The notes beneath the pieces are model-generated. The model did not search any database, had not been told where the DNA came from, and saw only the letters and a program-made list of their open reading frames with translations. This document shows positions 61,501-64,000 of a stretch of DNA of 64,000 bases, one piece after another (positions within the stretch are counted from its first letter, which is position 1; each line of letters starts with the position of its first letter). This DNA is from Hydrolagus affinis (taxonomy: Eukaryota). The position numbers were made by a program, and so were the translations under genes. The DNA is taken from NCBI GenBank assembly GCA_012026655.1, contig JAAILG010000585.1, positions 1 through 64,000 of the forward strand, read 5' to 3'.

Positions 61501-62885
61501 TGACAATAATAAGCAAACTCAAATGCCACATTTGGCTGGGATTGACCACAAATATAACATTATGCATACTATAACAATAGAGGACTTGCCATGATGTGAA
61601 TTCAACTGTAATAACTTCCTGAAGAACAAACTGAGCATACCATTTGTACCATTTGCATCTTCTATTCAAATCAAACTGATACAACTTGGATTACAGGTTA
61701 AATTGCTGCTTTTTTTTTTCCAGAGACTGAAGGCAGCTTTGACACAACAGCTTCCTCAGATTACCAATGGTAACGGTACCATTTCTCAAACGAGTGGTAT
61801 AGAGAGAACCCAACCAGAGGAAACACATCCACAATCCTTGCAGCAGGCTGCAACCTCCACAACTCAACCAGTGGTAAGTGAACAGTTGTTCCCTTGTTCA
61901 GTACATTTATTGGGATGAAAAATGCGATGTGATGTGAGAATTCTTGCCAGTGATGACACATCTCAGGTTTCATTCCCATAAATGTCTCGATCGATATCTG
62001 GCTAGGATGAACTCTAGACTTTGTCAAAATGGTTAGATCTCAAATTCAGTGATCTCTAATCTCTCGTGTCTTTCTCACTTCTACTGCTGTTGGTGTTGTG
62101 CAGAGATGACACATAGGAAATGATTTCCAACATTTTCTGTTCTTAGATTTGAGTCATTTCTTATTGTTGATATTTCTATCGCTCGCTAATGTATCAATAT
62201 GTTCAGTGGGATTAGTTGGAATAACAGATTCATTGCTTGTATGATGTGATATCATAATTGGCCCCATTTACATGCCAACTGCAAATAATTATTTATTGTG
62301 AAAATATTTATGGGTTTACTGCACTATTAAGTTAATTCTGGATTAAAAATACAAGCTATAGTTTAAAACTGACTGACTCTCAATTTCTTTCCAATTTCTT
62401 TTCAGAGCTTTTAAAGTTGAATTGAGTTGCTATCCCTGGAACCAGCACTGAAATGCCACGATCTGCTAACTTCAATGTTGGCAACAGGCCTAATAGTTCT
62501 CACTAAGCTGAACAAATCTTGGTTCCATGAAAAAAAAATGGAATTGAACTGAGATGTACAGTGCTTTAAAAAATATATATATATATATTTATTCATAGAG
62601 GTTTAAGGTTAAAACTTTATTTTTAGATGCATGAGGTTTTGTCTGAGGAATGGTGATTGAGTGCTGGTTTAATTGCAGGGCTCCCCAGCCCAGCCAACAC
62701 TGCAGAACCAGAGCGCTGGGGGCAGGCGGAGGCGGGCAACGAACGAAGACCCAGATGAGAAAAGGCGGAAGTTTTTAGAGCGTAACCGAGCAGCTGCATC
62801 AAGGTGCAGACAGAAGAGGAAAGTCTGGGTGCAATCTCTAGAAAAGAAGGCAGAAGATCTTTGTTCAACAAATGTACACCTGCAG
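43457..62885 (+). CDS. ATF2: Cyclic AMP-dependent transcription factor ATF-2, partial CDS join(43457..43504,44185..44281,45361..45479,45972..46100,48457..48632,50532..50646,51508..51615,61724..61873,62679..62885), continuing beyond the window
   Basis: Nine exons (1149 nt, 383 codons) splice in frame: N-terminal C2H2 finger (CTAPGCGQRFTNEDHLAVHKHKH), MAPK sites DQTPTPTR, ATF2-type ASEDDIKKMPLD, ETTHQNSPLPHPESTT and bZIP basic region DPDEKRRKFLERNRAAASRCRQKRKVWVQSLEKKAEDL. Confidence 0.96.
44185..44281 (+). CDS. ATF2: ATF2 coding exon (zinc finger / MAPK docking)
   Basis: RFTNEDHLAVHKHKHEMTLKFGPARNDSVIVA; ttccag| ... G|GTTAGT. Confidence 0.95.
44350..44975 (-). mobile_element. L2-clade LINE 3' fragment
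   Basis: ETLIHAFITCRLHYANTLLVGLPNSSFHRLQIIQNSA...LHWLPITQRIQFKILVLKFKALH, typical L2 ORF2 C-terminus, plus 3' tail. Confidence 0.85.
45361..45479 (+). CDS. ATF2: ATF2 coding exon (TPTP phospho-sites)
   Basis: DQTPTPTRFLKNCEEVGLFNELASPFEHEFKKASEDDIKK; ctttgtag| ... AAG|GTGTGT. Confidence 0.95.
45972..46100 (+). CDS. ATF2: ATF2 coding exon
   Basis: MPLDMSPLALPPIRAKVEETATVETTHQNSPLPHPESTTNDEK; ttcacag| ... AAG|GTCTCA (weak donor). Confidence 0.9.
46748..46900 (-). mobile_element. CR1 LINE 3' tail
   Basis: Reverse complement of the same tail type (ACATAGGAACAAGAGTAGCCATTC...AGATCATGGCTGATCTG). Confidence 0.65.
48457..48632 (+). CDS. ATF2: ATF2 coding exon
   Basis: DASLQQTAQSTSTIRSASLQVPNLLLANSEASVVIQHTLPSPTSTSVITQVPSTNRNI(V); atacag| ... 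GT|GTAAGT. Confidence 0.92.
48705..49110 (+). mobile_element. Deu-domain-type tRNA SINE (SacSINE1-like); sister copies at ~45560-45947 (+) and ~33030-33376 (-)
   Basis: CCTGGCTCAGTTGATAGGACTCTTGCCTCCAGAGTCAGAAAGTTGTGAGTTCAA head; GCTGACAC...GGGAGCACTGCATTGTTGGA core; family name from memory. Confidence 0.65.
50532..50646 (+). CDS. ATF2: ATF2 coding exon
   Basis: PVTGSVPLLLQLPNGQTMPVTIPASLSNPSVRILTIVP; ttttcag| ... CCA|GTAAGT. Confidence 0.92.
51508..51615 (+). CDS. ATF2: ATF2 coding exon
   Basis: IVRPVTMVPNVPGIPGPPLNNTEPLSPQPLQSEAKL; tactcag| ... CTG|GTAAAG. Confidence 0.92.
52955..53072 (+). mobile_element. SINE tail fragment, same family
   Basis: CCCACAAAATATAAAGTCAATTCATTTTACAG...GGATTATT. 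Confidence 0.65.
59010..59145 (-). mobile_element. SINE tail fragment, same family
   Basis: Reverse complement of the family 3' half. Confidence 0.7.
60366..60676 (+). mobile_element. tRNA-derived SINE, full length, same family
   Basis: GGAGTCCTGTAGTTCAGTGGTTAGA...GGTTCAATTCC head; body ACAGTCAATTCACTTTACAG; (ATT)n tail. Confidence 0.85.
61724..61873 (+). CDS. ATF2: ATF2 coding exon
   Basis: RLKAALTQQLPQITNGNGTISQTSGIERTQPEETHPQSLQQAATSTTQPV; poly-T ccag| ... GTG|GTAAGT. Confidence 0.93.
62679..62885 (+). CDS. ATF2: ATF2 coding exon (bZIP basic region, start of zipper)
   Basis: GSPAQPTLQNQSAGGRRRRATNEDPDEKRRKFLERNRAAASRCRQKRKVWVQSLEKKAEDLCSTNVHLQ; ttgcag| ... CAG|GTAAGT. Confidence 0.96.
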
Positions 62886-63556
62886 GTAAGTTTTAGCTTA
62901 TCTTTCCATTTATTAAGTGATTAGTATATAATGCTTTAAGCGGTCTTTTTGCTGTCTTTTCTTTTAAATGCTTCGTTAAGTATATCTTGTGCACAACATT
63001 TGAGTTTGGAAAGAAGGCTGCTATGTCAAATTGAGAATTCAGTTGAATTGTAACAGCGATTCCGGTTCATATATGTTCAATATGTGCTGGGTTTGTGAAG
63101 ACTTTGCTGGCTCCACTTGAACTAATATTAATGGATTTCAAGAATGCCTTGACTGACTTCGCTCAGTCTTTCTTAGCCAGAAGCAAAGCCGTAAAGTATG
63201 CCCACCCATTATGTCTGGTACTGAAAATTGAATGTCAAAGAAATAATTAAACTGTACTTTATATGAACCCATTAATCAATCCTGAGGTTCCTTTATAATT
63301 TCTCAGCTGACATTCAAGCACAGCTGATCAGTGCAATAGGTTATAATGAAGCATCATTGCTTTTACATTATTCTAAATTGTAGGTCTGATATGTGTGAAG
63401 AGACTGTCTTAGGACAGTACTGTGAGGTTAAATGTAAGGACTGAGCAGATTATCTTTCTCTGTTGATGGACTTTTTTTTATTAAAAAAAACAAGAGGGAG
63501 GGAGGTTAAAGACAACTGACTTGTTAGAATGGATAAAAGTGCCCTCATGAGATTGT

Positions 63557-63670
63557 AATAATAATAATAATCCTTTCATTTGATATAGTGCTTTTCATGT
63601 CTTCTAGACGTCTGAAAGCTCTTCAGAGAATATACTGTAAAATTAATTGACTGTCCAATTGTGGGCGAAA
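63557..63670 (-). mobile_element. SINE tail fragment, same family
   Basis: (AAT)n-CCTTTCATTTGATATAG...AATATACTGTAAAATTAATTGACTG. Confidence 0.7.
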
Positions 63671-64000
63671 GTATAGACTCTGGTCTTCTGAACATAATGC
63701 ACATTCTGAATTTTATTTGTATGTAGCAGATTTGTATTCAAACAGAGGCATTATCTTCTGATCAACAAATTCATTATTTTAATTTTTTTTTAATTTAAGT
63801 ATATTTCATTGATTATAAAAGTACACTTTTCTGTATGAGCAAGTATTTCTGTTTGAAAATACTTGTACTGACTTGCTCTCAAAGATGTAGTGAATCTGTG
63901 GCATGAATGCCTTATGTACATTTCAGATTTTTCTACTTTATGCTGCATTTTGCATTGATTTCTTTGTGCCAGCAACTGTAAGACCGCAGTTGTCACAGTG

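Noticed and set aside
43457-62885. Calling the bZIP gene CREB5 (by synteny with JAZF1) or ATF7
   Set aside because: No His/Gln-rich CREB5 tract is present, and long ATF2-specific segments and exon sizes outweigh the scattered ATF7-like residues.

Overview
Vertebrate genomic DNA, most likely a cartilaginous fish (inferred from CR1 and L2 LINE tails, Deu-type and tRNA-derived SINEs, and compact introns). The window holds two spliced genes head-to-head. On the minus strand is a complete 5-exon JAZF1-family zinc-finger gene (CDS 34065->1721, 243 aa). On the plus strand is ATF2 (non-coding exon 1 near 38.6-38.7 kb, then nine coding exons from 43457 to 62885 giving 383 codons up to the bZIP basic region; the 3' end lies beyond the window). 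Each gene has its own CpG-rich promoter, about 4.3 kb apart, with a C-rich minisatellite between them. Main finding: in mammals JAZF1 faces CREB5 (HoxA-linked) and ATF2 (HoxD-linked) has no JAZF neighbour, so this gene looks like a retained 2R-WGD ohnologue ('JAZF2'). Secondary findings: a dense CRE/bZIP cassette at the ATF2 promoter, ATF7-like residues in this ATF2, a candidate 35-nt poison exon in JAZF intron 1, a hAT MITE family carrying DRE (TATCGATA) and NRF1-like repeats, a decayed Tigger transposase and nested repeat insertions. Almost all entries in the ORF track are spurious. Comparisons with human proteins are from memory, not from a run alignment, and repeat boundaries are approximate unless TIRs or TSDs are quoted.
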